Positions 36,911 to 45,963 of a stretch of DNA of 64,000 bases are shown in pieces. The notes under the pieces are model-generated. The model had not been told where the DNA came from and searched no databases. It worked only from the letters and a program-made list of their open reading frames with translations. How positions within the stretch are numbered: position 1 is the first letter of the stretch; every line of letters starts with the position of its first letter. The position numbers and the translations under genes are program-made. The stretch comes from an uncultured Gammaproteobacteria bacterium (lineage in GTDB: Bacteria > Patescibacteriota > Microgenomatia > Daviesbacterales > UBA10151): the NCBI GenBank assembly GCA_964394855.1, contig CAYMZD010000002.1, positions 60,575 to 124,574 of the forward strand, read 5' to 3'.

Positions 36911-38365
36911 ATGGCAGAAATGACACGTCCGCCCATAGTCACTATACTCGGCCATGTTGACCATGGCAAAACTACCCTACTTGATTTTATCAGGAAATCC
37001 TCTGTAGCAGCAAAGGAACATGGTGGGATTACCCAGCATATTGGTGCATATCAAGTTGAACATGATGGTAAATTAATTACTTTTATTGATACTCCTGGAC
37101 ATGCTGCTTTTGAAAAAATGCGCTCTAGGGGCGCTAAAGTGGCAGACATTGCAGTTTTGGTGGTGGCAGTAGATGATGGGGTGATGCCACAAACTATTGA
37201 GGCTATCAAACACATTCAGGAGGCAAAAGTCCCCATGATTGTAGCTATTAATAAAACAGATTTACCTGGCATAAATGTAAAAGTACAGCTGGAGAAGATT
37301 AAAAAGCAACTTTCAGACCAAAAAGTTTTAGCAGAAGAATATGGAGGAGATGTGCCCATAATTTCACTTTCTGCCAAAACCGGTGAAGGTGTGGATAAAC
37401 TCTTGGAGATGATCAGTCTGTTAGCAGAGCTGCATGAGCTTAAAAGTGAATCTGATATAGCGCCATCAGGAGTAGTGATTGAGGCTAATTTAGATAAATC
37501 CAGAGGCCCGCTGGCCACACTTTTAATAAGAAATGGCACTTTAAAAAAAGGTATACAGATTATAGTGGGTGGAGTAAAAGGTAAGATCAAGGGTATGTTT
37601 GATTTCAATGGGAAGAGTATAGAAGCGGCTGGCCCTTCTACTCCGGTGGAAGTGCTTGGACTTGAGAGTGTTCCAGGGGTGGGTGCTACTTTGGGACAGG
37701 AAATGGAACAAGAATCAAGAATGAAGCAGCAAGAGCTAAGCTTACTTGAAAAATTAAAGGCAGGAGAAAGTAAAACTCTAAAAGTGATTATTAAAGCTGA
37801 TAAGCAAGGATCGCTAGAGGCTATTGTCCATTCTTTGGACAAAATTAATAAAAATGCCAAACTGATAGAAGTTATTTCAAGCGGGACAGGAGATATATTG
37901 GAGGGTGATGTGAAGCTGGCTTCGTCTGTGGGGGCGATCATTATTGGATTTAATGTCAAGGTGGTACCAACCGCTGTTAAAATGGCTGAAACAGAGCATG
38001 TTTTAATAAGAACCTACAATATTATATATGAGCTGCTCTCGGAGCTAGAAGATGTTTTGGAGGGGATGTTTAAGGTGGGGCAAGTAGAGGAGATTTTAGG
38101 CAAAGCTAATATTATTGCTGAATTCCCCTTTGGAAAGTCAGAGCGAGTTCTCGGGTGTCGGGTCATTGAAGGAGTAATTAGTAAAGGATCAAAAATAAGA
38201 GTGAAAAGGGATGAAGAGGTAGTGGGCGAGAGTAAACTAAAGTCCTTAAGGGTTGTGAAAGATGAAGTGCAAAAGGCAGAAAAGGGTCAAGATTGCGGCA
38301 TGCTTTTTGATCCTGCCATAGATTTCCAAATAGGGGACACAGTAGAATCCTTCAGGGTAATATGA
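36911..38365 (+). CDS. infB: Translation initiation factor IF-2 without the N-terminal region
   Basis: [32 protein letters not shown] and IKADKQGS. Confidence 0.96.
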   Translation: MAEMTRPPIVTILGHVDHGKTTLLDFIRKSSVAAKEHGGITQHIGAYQVEHDGKLITFIDTPGHAAFEKMRSRGAKVADIAVLVVAVDDGVMPQTIEAIKHIQEAKVPMIVAINKTDLPGINVKVQLEKIKKQLSDQKVLAEEYGGDVPIISLSAKTGEGVDKLLEMISLLAELHELKSESDIAPSGVVIEANLDKSRGPLATLLIRNGTLKKGIQIIVGGVKGKIKGMFDFNGKSIEAAGPSTPVEVLGLESVPGVGATLGQEMEQESRMKQQELSLLEKLKAGESKTLKVIIKADKQGSLEAIVHSLDKINKNAKLIEVISSGTGDILEGDVKLASSVGAIIIGFNVKVVPTAVKMAETEHVLIRTYNIIYELLSELEDVLEGMFKVGQVEEILGKANIIAEFPFGKSERVLGCRVIEGVISKGSKIRVKRDEEVVGESKLKSLRVVKDEVQKAEKGQDCGMLFDPAIDFQIGDTVESFRVI

Positions 38366-39393
38366 TAGAGAACTTTGATCTTTTCAGACCGCTACCATTT
38401 CTCGACACCACCCGCCAGTTGGCCAGACAAGCAACAGGAAGAGTGGGGCTTGAAGCCATGGTTTGGTATCCAGACCCCCCAACCTATCAATTTGTTAACA
38501 TGTTGGAGGAGGCTGCTAAAAGACAAGTTCAAGCACAGGCAAAAATAGATTACTATTCTTTGATGACCACTGATTTTCACAATAATCTTTTCCCCATGCC
38601 GCAACTAAGAAGAGAGAGAGGAAGAAAGACTCAAGAGATGGTTCAGAGGATGAGGAAGGCTGGAGTGTCAGTAGATCTTTTAAACCCCCCCAGTCTTTTG
38701 CAAAGATTAATACCCCAGTTGGGCAGAAACCATCGCAAAATAGGTTTAATTGATGGTGTTGGTTTTGTAATGGGTTTTAATCTTTCCAAATACAATTTTG
38801 ACTGTGAAGATATAGCAGTAGCTTTAACTGAACCACAAGCAGTAAAAAGATTAGCTGAAGTTTTTGAGGAAGCAGGTCTGGTGGAAAGAGATGATCGAGA
38901 GATTTACTGCGGCGGGAACACTTATTTATTAGTTGATTATGGTCGGGTTGGTCAATCTCTAATTTTAGATCGGGCAGTGGAGATGGTGAGGGGGGCTAGG
39001 GACTACGTGAGGTGGGTTAATCTTTTTCCTCCCAATGGTCGATTGGAAGTTGAGATGGCAAGAGCATCCAAAAGAGGGGTTGATGTGGAGGGAATTATTA
39101 CCAGGCCAGTTTGGGTTAGAAAAGCCAGGTGGGATATCAGGTTAATGCAGCTTGTGAATAGTCTCCAGTCTTATTCTCTTGGTAATCAGTTAGCTTTGGG
39201 ATATCACAATCCTGATATTCATGCCAAAGTTCTAGTAACTGATAATCAAACATTGGTAGGTTCACATAATTTAGTTTGGGAAGGTGTCTGGGCCGGCACA
39301 GAGGAGTTAGACATTTTTTCTACTAATCCTATTCTGGAGAGAAAATTAAATAGATATTATGCCCAACTTAAACTAGGTAGTCGGGCAGCTTGA
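38362..39393 (+). CDS. Phospholipase D family protein (cardiolipin synthase-like)
   Basis: Two HKD motifs: HRKIGLID and HAKVLVTD..GSHN. Confidence 0.85.
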   Translation: MIENFDLFRPLPFLDTTRQLARQATGRVGLEAMVWYPDPPTYQFVNMLEEAAKRQVQAQAKIDYYSLMTTDFHNNLFPMPQLRRERGRKTQEMVQRMRKAGVSVDLLNPPSLLQRLIPQLGRNHRKIGLIDGVGFVMGFNLSKYNFDCEDIAVALTEPQAVKRLAEVFEEAGLVERDDREIYCGGNTYLLVDYGRVGQSLILDRAVEMVRGARDYVRWVNLFPPNGRLEVEMARASKRGVDVEGIITRPVWVRKARWDIRLMQLVNSLQSYSLGNQLALGYHNPDIHAKVLVTDNQTLVGSHNLVWEGVWAGTEELDIFSTNPILERKLNRYYAQLKLGSRAA

Positions 39394-39437
39394 TAGGGGT
39401 TGACTCTTATGGGTTATGGGTGTAAAATCCAGACATC

Positions 39438-40430
39438 ATGAAATACGATAGTCAACTAATAGAGTTGAAAAACCTGCTTCCGTCTGCCAAAAGCATTTTA
39501 ATTGCCTTACCTAGCAACTGCGATATGGACCGCTTCGCCGCCGGGCTGGCCCTTTTTTTATCATTCAATGCCCAAGGTAAGGAAGTTTCAGTAGTTTGTG
39601 ATGACACAATTCATGTGGCCCAGTCTCATCTTTTTGGGGTGAACCATGTCCAAAAAAATATACCCCAAACTCAAGGCGGTAATTTTGTTATCAGCTTGGA
39701 GGGAGTAGCTGTCCCCAACTCATCCTCCCCCCAAGGAGGACAAGCTCCAGCCTTGGAAAAAATGGATTATGTGGTAGAAGGCAATAATTTAAATTTAGTT
39801 TTCTATATTTTACCAGGTCAAACTTTTCAGCCTTCAAGGATAGTGCCCCATTATCAAGGTAGCGGTTTTAACCTAATTTTTACAATTGGTGCTGCCAATT
39901 TAAACCATTTGGGAAATATATATTTACAAAATCAGGGAGCTTTTTCTGGTGTTCATGTAGTTAATATTGATATTCAAGCGGCCAACACCTCCTTTGGCCA
40001 AACTAATGTAGTTGATAGCGCAGCTTCTTCTGTGGCTGAAATAATGACAGATGTGGTGGGAGCACTGGGGTTGCCTTTTGATGCAGATATTGCTTCAAAT
40101 TTATTGGCGGGAATTTTTGAGGCTACCTCCAATTTGACTTCACAAAATGTTAGTGCAGATACGCATCTCGCGGTGGCCAATTGTTTAAGAATTGGCGGCA
40201 GAAAACCGGAAGTCTTACAAAATGCAATACCCGCTAGCGGAGGTTTTGATTTAAGCAGTTTGATCAGCCCCAAACCCACAGTGGAAGCTTTTACTGCTCC
40301 GCCTATATCCAGTGAGCCACAACCTTCTCCAGAAGAAAGACCATCAGGGGAAGGATTGGCTGCTGAAAGTATCGAACCAGAACCAGGTTGGTTAACCCCT
40401 AAAGTTTTCAAGGGCGGTTCTGTGGGTTAA
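39438..40430 (+). CDS. Degenerate DHH/NrnA-like protein
   Basis: NrnA-like N-terminus, NID..NTSFG and ASSVAEI; DHH replaced by DIQ. Confidence 0.7.
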   Translation: MKYDSQLIELKNLLPSAKSILIALPSNCDMDRFAAGLALFLSFNAQGKEVSVVCDDTIHVAQSHLFGVNHVQKNIPQTQGGNFVISLEGVAVPNSSSPQGGQAPALEKMDYVVEGNNLNLVFYILPGQTFQPSRIVPHYQGSGFNLIFTIGAANLNHLGNIYLQNQGAFSGVHVVNIDIQAANTSFGQTNVVDSAASSVAEIMTDVVGALGLPFDADIASNLLAGIFEATSNLTSQNVSADTHLAVANCLRIGGRKPEVLQNAIPASGGFDLSSLISPKPTVEAFTAPPISSEPQPSPEERPSGEGLAAESIEPEPGWLTPKVFKGGSVG

Positions 40431-40433
40431 TCC

Positions 40434-40544
40434 TTGCTATTTTAAATTCTATCTGGTATACTACGCTTGAAAGTTAAGGATGACTTCTTGGCACCGAAGT
40501 TACTCCCTGCCCCGCTTGGCGGGACTAGAAAGGGTAAGATGCCA
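40434..40544 (+). promoter_or_regulatory. rpsO promoter and structured leader (candidate S15 operator)
   Basis: TTGCTA-17-TGgTATACT; stem TGACTTC/GAAGTTA whose loop TGGCA is complementary to TGCCA at the start codon. Confidence 0.6.
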
Positions 40545-40808
40545 CTTGATGTAAAGAAAAAACAAAAGATTATTGAAGAGTTTGCTACCAAAAAGGGTGA
40601 TACAGGTTCTCCAGAGGTTCAAGTAGCACTTTTAACTGAACAGATTAAAAACTTGGCAGCTCACCTAAAAGAGCACCCGCATGACGTTCACTCCAGACGT
40701 GGCCTTTTATCTATGGTCAATAAAAGAAGAAGGCTGTTGCAGTATTTATTAAAAAAAGATGAAGAACGTTACAAGACAACGATTGACAAGCTTGGTTTAA
40801 GTAAGTAG
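40539..40808 (+). CDS. rpsO: 30S ribosomal protein S15
   Basis: [13 protein letters not shown] and HSRRGLL; start ATG 40539. Confidence 0.97.
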   Translation: MPLDVKKKQKIIEEFATKKGDTGSPEVQVALLTEQIKNLAAHLKEHPHDVHSRRGLLSMVNKRRRLLQYLLKKDEERYKTTIDKLGLSK

Positions 40809-40905
40809 TATTAGTGAGGGGTTTTATTGGAAATTGTAAATTGAGGATAAGGGTTATCCTTGTCTCCAGTTACCCAGTTTCCAAATGCCCCAAAACAAAA
40901 TTTAG

Positions 40906-43209
40906 ATGTCGAATATCATTACTAAAGAAATTGACCTAAATGGTCGAACGCTCAAGTTGGAAACAGGTAAGCTTGCTTTGCAGGCTAATTCCTCTGTGGT
41001 AGCCTCTTGGGGGGAAACAGTAGTTTTGGTGACAGTTTCCACCCAACCTTCACCAGAGGCCATAGCTTACTTTCCCTTATCAGTGGAGTTTGTGGAAAAA
41101 CATTATGCGGGGGGAAGAATTTCCTCTTCCAAATTTATCAAACGCGAGTCCAGGCCCTCTGATGAAGCTATTTTAACAGGTAGATTGATTGACCGCTCCA
41201 TCAGACCACTTTTTCCCAAGGATTTTCACCAAGAAGTTCAAGTGATAGTGACTGTGCTATCAATTGACCAAGCCAATGATCCTGACATTTTAGGCTTAAT
41301 TGGCACATCAGCAGCCCTGTCTATTTCTGCCATTCCTTGGCAGGGCCCATTAGGTGGTGCCAGAGTAGGTGTTAGTGATGGTACTTTGGTAGTTAATCCT
41401 ACCATTCAAGAGGCAGAACATCTTCAATTAGATGTCTTTGCGGCCTCAACTAAAGATAAAGTGGTGATGGTTGAAGCTGGAGGAAAGGAAGTGCCTGATG
41501 AGAAAGTTTTTGAAGCCATCAAGAAGGCTCACCAAGAATCTCAAGCCATAATTGGCCTCATAGAAGAGTTTACCAAAAAGGTTGGCAAAGAAAAACTAAC
41601 CTATTCTTCTTTGGCAGAAGAGGTGGAAGAGGCAATTTTAGAAGAAGTTAAAACCATAGCCAGAGAAAAAATTGAAGCAGCTTTATTTGATTCTGAACAC
41701 CCTTGGCATGAAGCAACAGGAGAAATAATTAAGACAGAACTAGCCATAAAATATGCAGAGGTTTTAACACCACAAATTGTATCTGGAGTATTTGATAAAG
41801 TGGCCAAGGAGATCATGAATGATGCTATTTTAAAGCAGGGTAAAAGAGTCGATGGAAGGGCTATGGATGAGATAAGGCCTATCTCCATTGAAGTAGGAGT
41901 ATTGCCTAGAACTCATGGTTCTGCCCTTTTCCAGCGTGGAGACACCCAAGTTTTATCAGTAGTCACTTTGGCGGCGCCATCTCTATCTCAAACCATTGAG
42001 GGTATGACAGGCGAAGAGCAGAAAAGATTTATGCACCATTACAATATGAGTATTAACCCATTTGCTACAGGTGAAGTAAAAAGAATTGGTGCTCCCAATA
42101 GAAGAGATATCGGCCATGGTGCACTGGTGGAAAAAGCCCTGAAAGAAGTGATGCCATCAGAAGAAAGTTTTCCTTATGCCATTAGAGTAGTTTCGGAAGT
42201 ATTGGCAGCCAATGCCTCCACTTCTATGGCCTCCCTTTGTGCCTCAACCTTGGCCCTGCTAAATGCGGGAGTTCCCATAAAAGAACCAGTGGCTGGAGTG
42301 GCCATGGGACTTTTATCAGACGAACAAAAGTTTCAAGTAATTACAGACATGCGGGCAGTGGAGGATTTTTATGGGGAGATGGATTTTAAGGTGGCTGGTA
42401 CCAAAGATGGTATTACTGTTATTCAAATGGATACAAAACTAGCAGGTTTATCCTTTGAAATTATTCAGCAGGCGCTAGATCAAGGTAAAAAGGCTAGATT
42501 GTTGATTTTAGATAAAATTAATCAGGCTGTGCCCAGTGTTGGTCAACTTTCTCCTTTGGCACCCAGAGTAGAAATTATTCATATAAAACCAGAAGATATT
42601 GGTAGCTTAATTGGGCCGGGGGGCAAAAATATCAACTCCATCATTGCCAAAACCAAAGCAGCAATTGATATCGAAGATGATGGAACAGTGATGGTTTCAT
42701 CAAGTAATGAGGAGTCTATCAATAAAGCCATGGCCGCCATAAAAGGGATGTTCCAAGAGATTAAGGTCGGCGAGGAGTTTATGGGTAAAGTGGTGCGTTT
42801 GGCTCCTTTTGGGGCTTTTGTGGAAATTTTACCTGGTAAAGACGGGTTAGTCCATATATCCCAAATGGCCCCAGGCCATGTGGAAAAAGCAGAAGATATA
42901 GTATCTGAAGGTCAGGAAGTCAAGGTCAGGGTGACTGAAGTTTCTCCAGATGGCAAGGTGGGTTTATCAATGCTTTTTGGAGACGATGTTAAACCAGAAA
43001 GAGAAGGCTCGCCTCGCTTCGCGGGCGGAGCAGGAAGACCTTCTGGTCGAAGCAGAGGTTTAGAGGGTGCTAGAGGTGGATTTGGAAACCGTCCTAGGTT
43101 TGGCGGAGAAAGACCAGGATTTGACAGAAGAAGGCCCGGTGGTTTTAGAGCTCGAGGACCACGTACAGGCGGGTTCAACCGCGGGGGTCGTGGCGGATTT
43201 AATAGATAA
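40906..43209 (+). CDS. pnp: Polynucleotide phosphorylase
   Basis: RLIDRSIRPLFP, RTHGSALF, MDFKVAGT, KH and S1 domains, RGG-rich tail. Confidence 0.97.
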   Translation: MSNIITKEIDLNGRTLKLETGKLALQANSSVVASWGETVVLVTVSTQPSPEAIAYFPLSVEFVEKHYAGGRISSSKFIKRESRPSDEAILTGRLIDRSIRPLFPKDFHQEVQVIVTVLSIDQANDPDILGLIGTSAALSISAIPWQGPLGGARVGVSDGTLVVNPTIQEAEHLQLDVFAASTKDKVVMVEAGGKEVPDEKVFEAIKKAHQESQAIIGLIEEFTKKVGKEKLTYSSLAEEVEEAILEEVKTIAREKIEAALFDSEHPWHEATGEIIKTELAIKYAEVLTPQIVSGVFDKVAKEIMNDAILKQGKRVDGRAMDEIRPISIEVGVLPRTHGSALFQRGDTQVLSVVTLAAPSLSQTIEGMTGEEQKRFMHHYNMSINPFATGEVKRIGAPNRRDIGHGALVEKALKEVMPSEESFPYAIRVVSEVLAANASTSMASLCASTLALLNAGVPIKEPVAGVAMGLLSDEQKFQVITDMRAVEDFYGEMDFKVAGTKDGITVIQMDTKLAGLSFEIIQQALDQGKKARLLILDKINQAVPSVGQLSPLAPRVEIIHIKPEDIGSLIGPGGKNINSIIAKTKAAIDIEDDGTVMVSSSNEESINKAMAAIKGMFQEIKVGEEFMGKVVRLAPFGAFVEILPGKDGLVHISQMAPGHVEKAEDIVSEGQEVKVRVTEVSPDGKVGLSMLFGDDVKPEREGSPRFAGGAGRPSGRSRGLEGARGGFGNRPRFGGERPGFDRRRPGGFRARGPRTGGFNRGGRGGFNR
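43007..43031. repeat. GC-rich hairpin inside the pnp tail
   Basis: GCTC-GCC-T-CGC-TTC-GCG-GGC-G-GAGC, encoding SPRFAGGA. Confidence 0.55.
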
Positions 43210-43230
43210 GGGGTAAAATATAGTTGATTT

Positions 43231-44253
43231 ATGGATAATCCTGTCCAAAATACAGATGAGTTAGTACAAAAAATTACTCAAGCCAATCTCCCTAAAGAAG
43301 TTGCAGAAAGATTACTGAATTTATTGAAGTTTCCAGGTCAAGGTGTAGAGCTAGAAAAGTTAATTGAATATATTGATTTTGTTTTAAGCTTACCTTTTAA
43401 TAAATCCAGTCAGGATATTCTAGATTTAGGAAGGGCCAAGCAAATTTTAGATAAAAACCATTACGGTTTAAAAACAGTCAAAGATAGAATTTTAGAGTAT
43501 TTGGCTGTTTTAATCTTAAATGCCAAATCAGGCAAACAAGAGAGTTTACGGGCACCAATTCTGCTATTTGTGGGGCTGGTGGGAACTGGTAAAACTTCAA
43601 TTGCTTATTCGATTAGTGAAGTCCTGGGTAGGCCTATTTTTAGAATTCCTTTTGGAGGAGTGGGAGACCCGCTGCAACTTCGTGGACAATCCCGAGTTAA
43701 ACCTGATGCAGAGCCGGGTCAAATTATGAAAGCTTTAAAAGTTTTAAAGGTAAACAATCCAATTATTTTGCTTGATGAGATAGATAGAGTGGCAGAAGAG
43801 GGGAGGGTCGATATGATGGGAGTTTTGGTTGAACTGTTAGATCCCCAACAAAATCATGCTTTTTTAGATCATTATTTAGATTTTCCATTTGATTTATCCA
43901 GGATTTTGTTTATCGCCACAGCCAACAATACCGGCAATATCGCCACAGCAGTGATGGACAGGCTTGAACCTATTCAAATGCCTGCTTATAGTGACGGCGA
44001 AAAATTAATCATTGGCAAAAACTATCTTTTACCCCAGGCCGTGGAAGAATCTGGGCTAACAGCCGGTCAACTGGTGATAGATGAGATGGTTTGGCCACAG
44101 ATATTAAGACCATTAGGTTTTGATGCAGGCATCAGGTCCCTGCAACGAACCCTACAAGGTTTAACTCGCAAAATAGCTAGGCAGGCAGTAGAAGGTAATC
44201 TTGGACCATTTACCATTACAACACAAAATATTGGAGAATATTTAATAGACTAA
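43231..44253 (+). CDS. Lon-type AAA+ ATPase module without the protease domain
   Basis: HYGLKTVKDRILEYLAV, GLVGTGKT, LLDEID, LLDPQQN..DHY and DRLE. Confidence 0.85.
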   Translation: MDNPVQNTDELVQKITQANLPKEVAERLLNLLKFPGQGVELEKLIEYIDFVLSLPFNKSSQDILDLGRAKQILDKNHYGLKTVKDRILEYLAVLILNAKSGKQESLRAPILLFVGLVGTGKTSIAYSISEVLGRPIFRIPFGGVGDPLQLRGQSRVKPDAEPGQIMKALKVLKVNNPIILLDEIDRVAEEGRVDMMGVLVELLDPQQNHAFLDHYLDFPFDLSRILFIATANNTGNIATAVMDRLEPIQMPAYSDGEKLIIGKNYLLPQAVEESGLTAGQLVIDEMVWPQILRPLGFDAGIRSLQRTLQGLTRKIARQAVEGNLGPFTITTQNIGEYLID

Positions 44254-45917
44254 TGAAAACGTTTGGAGGAAATTTAAAAATTATCCCGCTGGGTGGAGTT
44301 GGTGATGTCACTAAAAATATGTATGTTTATGAGATGGGTGATGATTTAGTGATTGTTGATTGTGGAGTGGGTTTTCCAGATGAAGCCATGCCGGGAGTTG
44401 ATTTGGTGATTCCCGATATTTCCTACTTGCGTGATAAAAAACACAAAATCAAGGCTATCTTAATCACTCATGGTCATGATGATCATATTGGGGGTTTACC
44501 TTACATTTGGCCAGAATTACAAGTACCAATTTATACCCAAAAGTTGACCGCCGGATTTATCAGAGCTAAATTTAGCGAACACAATCTTCCCAAAAATAAA
44601 ATCTTGGAAGTTGCCTTAGATGCCAAATTAAAATTGGGGGTGTTTGATATTTCTTTTTATCAAGTTTCCCACTCCGTGCCAGACTCAACAGGCGTGGTGA
44701 TTAGAACGCCCGCTGGTACGCTGGTGCACCAAGCCGATTTTAAAATTGACTGGACTCCTGTTTCGGGACAAGTGACTGATGTGGGTAAAGCTGCTCAGCT
44801 GGGGGCGGGAGGAGTGGATCTTCTTTTAATTGATTGTTTAAGGATAGAAAAAGCCGGTTTTAATAAATCGGAGAAATCGATCGAGGAAACTTTCGCTAAA
44901 GCGGCAGAAGAAACACCGGGAAAACTTCTAATTACCATGACCTCTTCCAATGTATCGCGGATGCAGCAGGCAATCAATGTGGCGGGGAGGTTAGGTCGAA
45001 AATTGGCAGTGGTGGGTCGGAGCTTTGAAAATAATTTTCAAGTGGCCAGGGATTTGGGATATTTGCATGTTCCCCCGCATCTTCTGGTTGCATCGGATGC
45101 GGTCATGAGTTTTGCCCCGAATAAAATACTGGTGCTTATTGCCGGAGCGCAGGGTCAGCAGGGTTCGTCCCTGTCGCGGGCAGCCAACGGGCAGCACAAG
45201 CAGATTATTTTAAAAAGCGGGGATAGCGTGGTTTTTTCCGCCGACCCCATCCCCTCTACCGAGTCGGCCCAATCTGCCTTAATTGATACCTTAGTGAGGC
45301 TGGGGGTGGATGTTTATTATTCTGCCATCCAATCTGACCTGCATGTGAGTGGGCATGCAGCCAAAGAAGAGTTGAGACTGATGGTTAATTTAATAAGGCC
45401 CAAATATATGATTCCTATTGGGGGAACTTATCGCCACATGAAGGAATTTTCCCGTACTTTTCAAGAGATGGGTTATAAAAAAGAAGCTATATTAGAGCCG
45501 GTGGATGGTGATATTATTCAAATGGGTGCGGGTAAGATTAGCATTGTCGGTAAGGTGGAAGTTAAAAATGTTTTTGTGGACGGGTTAGGGGTGGGTGATG
45601 TGGGGCACGTGGTTTTGCGGGACCGTCAGGTCATGAGTGAAGAAGGAATTGTGGTAGTGGTGGTGCCGGTTGATCAACAGACAGGCAGTTTGGGTGGAGA
45701 AGTGGATGTGATTTCCCGCGGTTTTGTTTTTGAACAAATGGCAGAGGGGTTGTTGGAAGAAGCTAAGGAAGTAGTTAAAAATACCTTGTTGGGTCACGGA
45801 GGCAAAGTGTCGGACTGGAGGTTTATTCGCAGGATGATAGAAAACGAGCTGGAGCAGTTTTTATTTAAAGCAACAGAAAGAAGACCATTAATTCTGCCGC
45901 TGGTGGTAGAAGTTTAA
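44253..45917 (+). CDS. rnj: Ribonuclease J
   Basis: PLGGVG..KNM, THGHDDHIG and HVSGH. Confidence 0.96.
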   Translation: MKTFGGNLKIIPLGGVGDVTKNMYVYEMGDDLVIVDCGVGFPDEAMPGVDLVIPDISYLRDKKHKIKAILITHGHDDHIGGLPYIWPELQVPIYTQKLTAGFIRAKFSEHNLPKNKILEVALDAKLKLGVFDISFYQVSHSVPDSTGVVIRTPAGTLVHQADFKIDWTPVSGQVTDVGKAAQLGAGGVDLLLIDCLRIEKAGFNKSEKSIEETFAKAAEETPGKLLITMTSSNVSRMQQAINVAGRLGRKLAVVGRSFENNFQVARDLGYLHVPPHLLVASDAVMSFAPNKILVLIAGAQGQQGSSLSRAANGQHKQIILKSGDSVVFSADPIPSTESAQSALIDTLVRLGVDVYYSAIQSDLHVSGHAAKEELRLMVNLIRPKYMIPIGGTYRHMKEFSRTFQEMGYKKEAILEPVDGDIIQMGAGKISIVGKVEVKNVFVDGLGVGDVGHVVLRDRQVMSEEGIVVVVVPVDQQTGSLGGEVDVISRGFVFEQMAEGLLEEAKEVVKNTLLGHGGKVSDWRFIRRMIENELEQFLFKATERRPLILPLVVEV

Positions 45918-45963
45918 ACTATAAGTTATAAATGATATAATAATAATTATTATATAAAAAATC

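Noticed and set aside
34880-38365. DnaJ without a Zn finger and IF2 without the N-terminal region as possible pseudogenes
   Set aside because: Frames and core motifs are intact; shortened forms are expected in streamlined genomes
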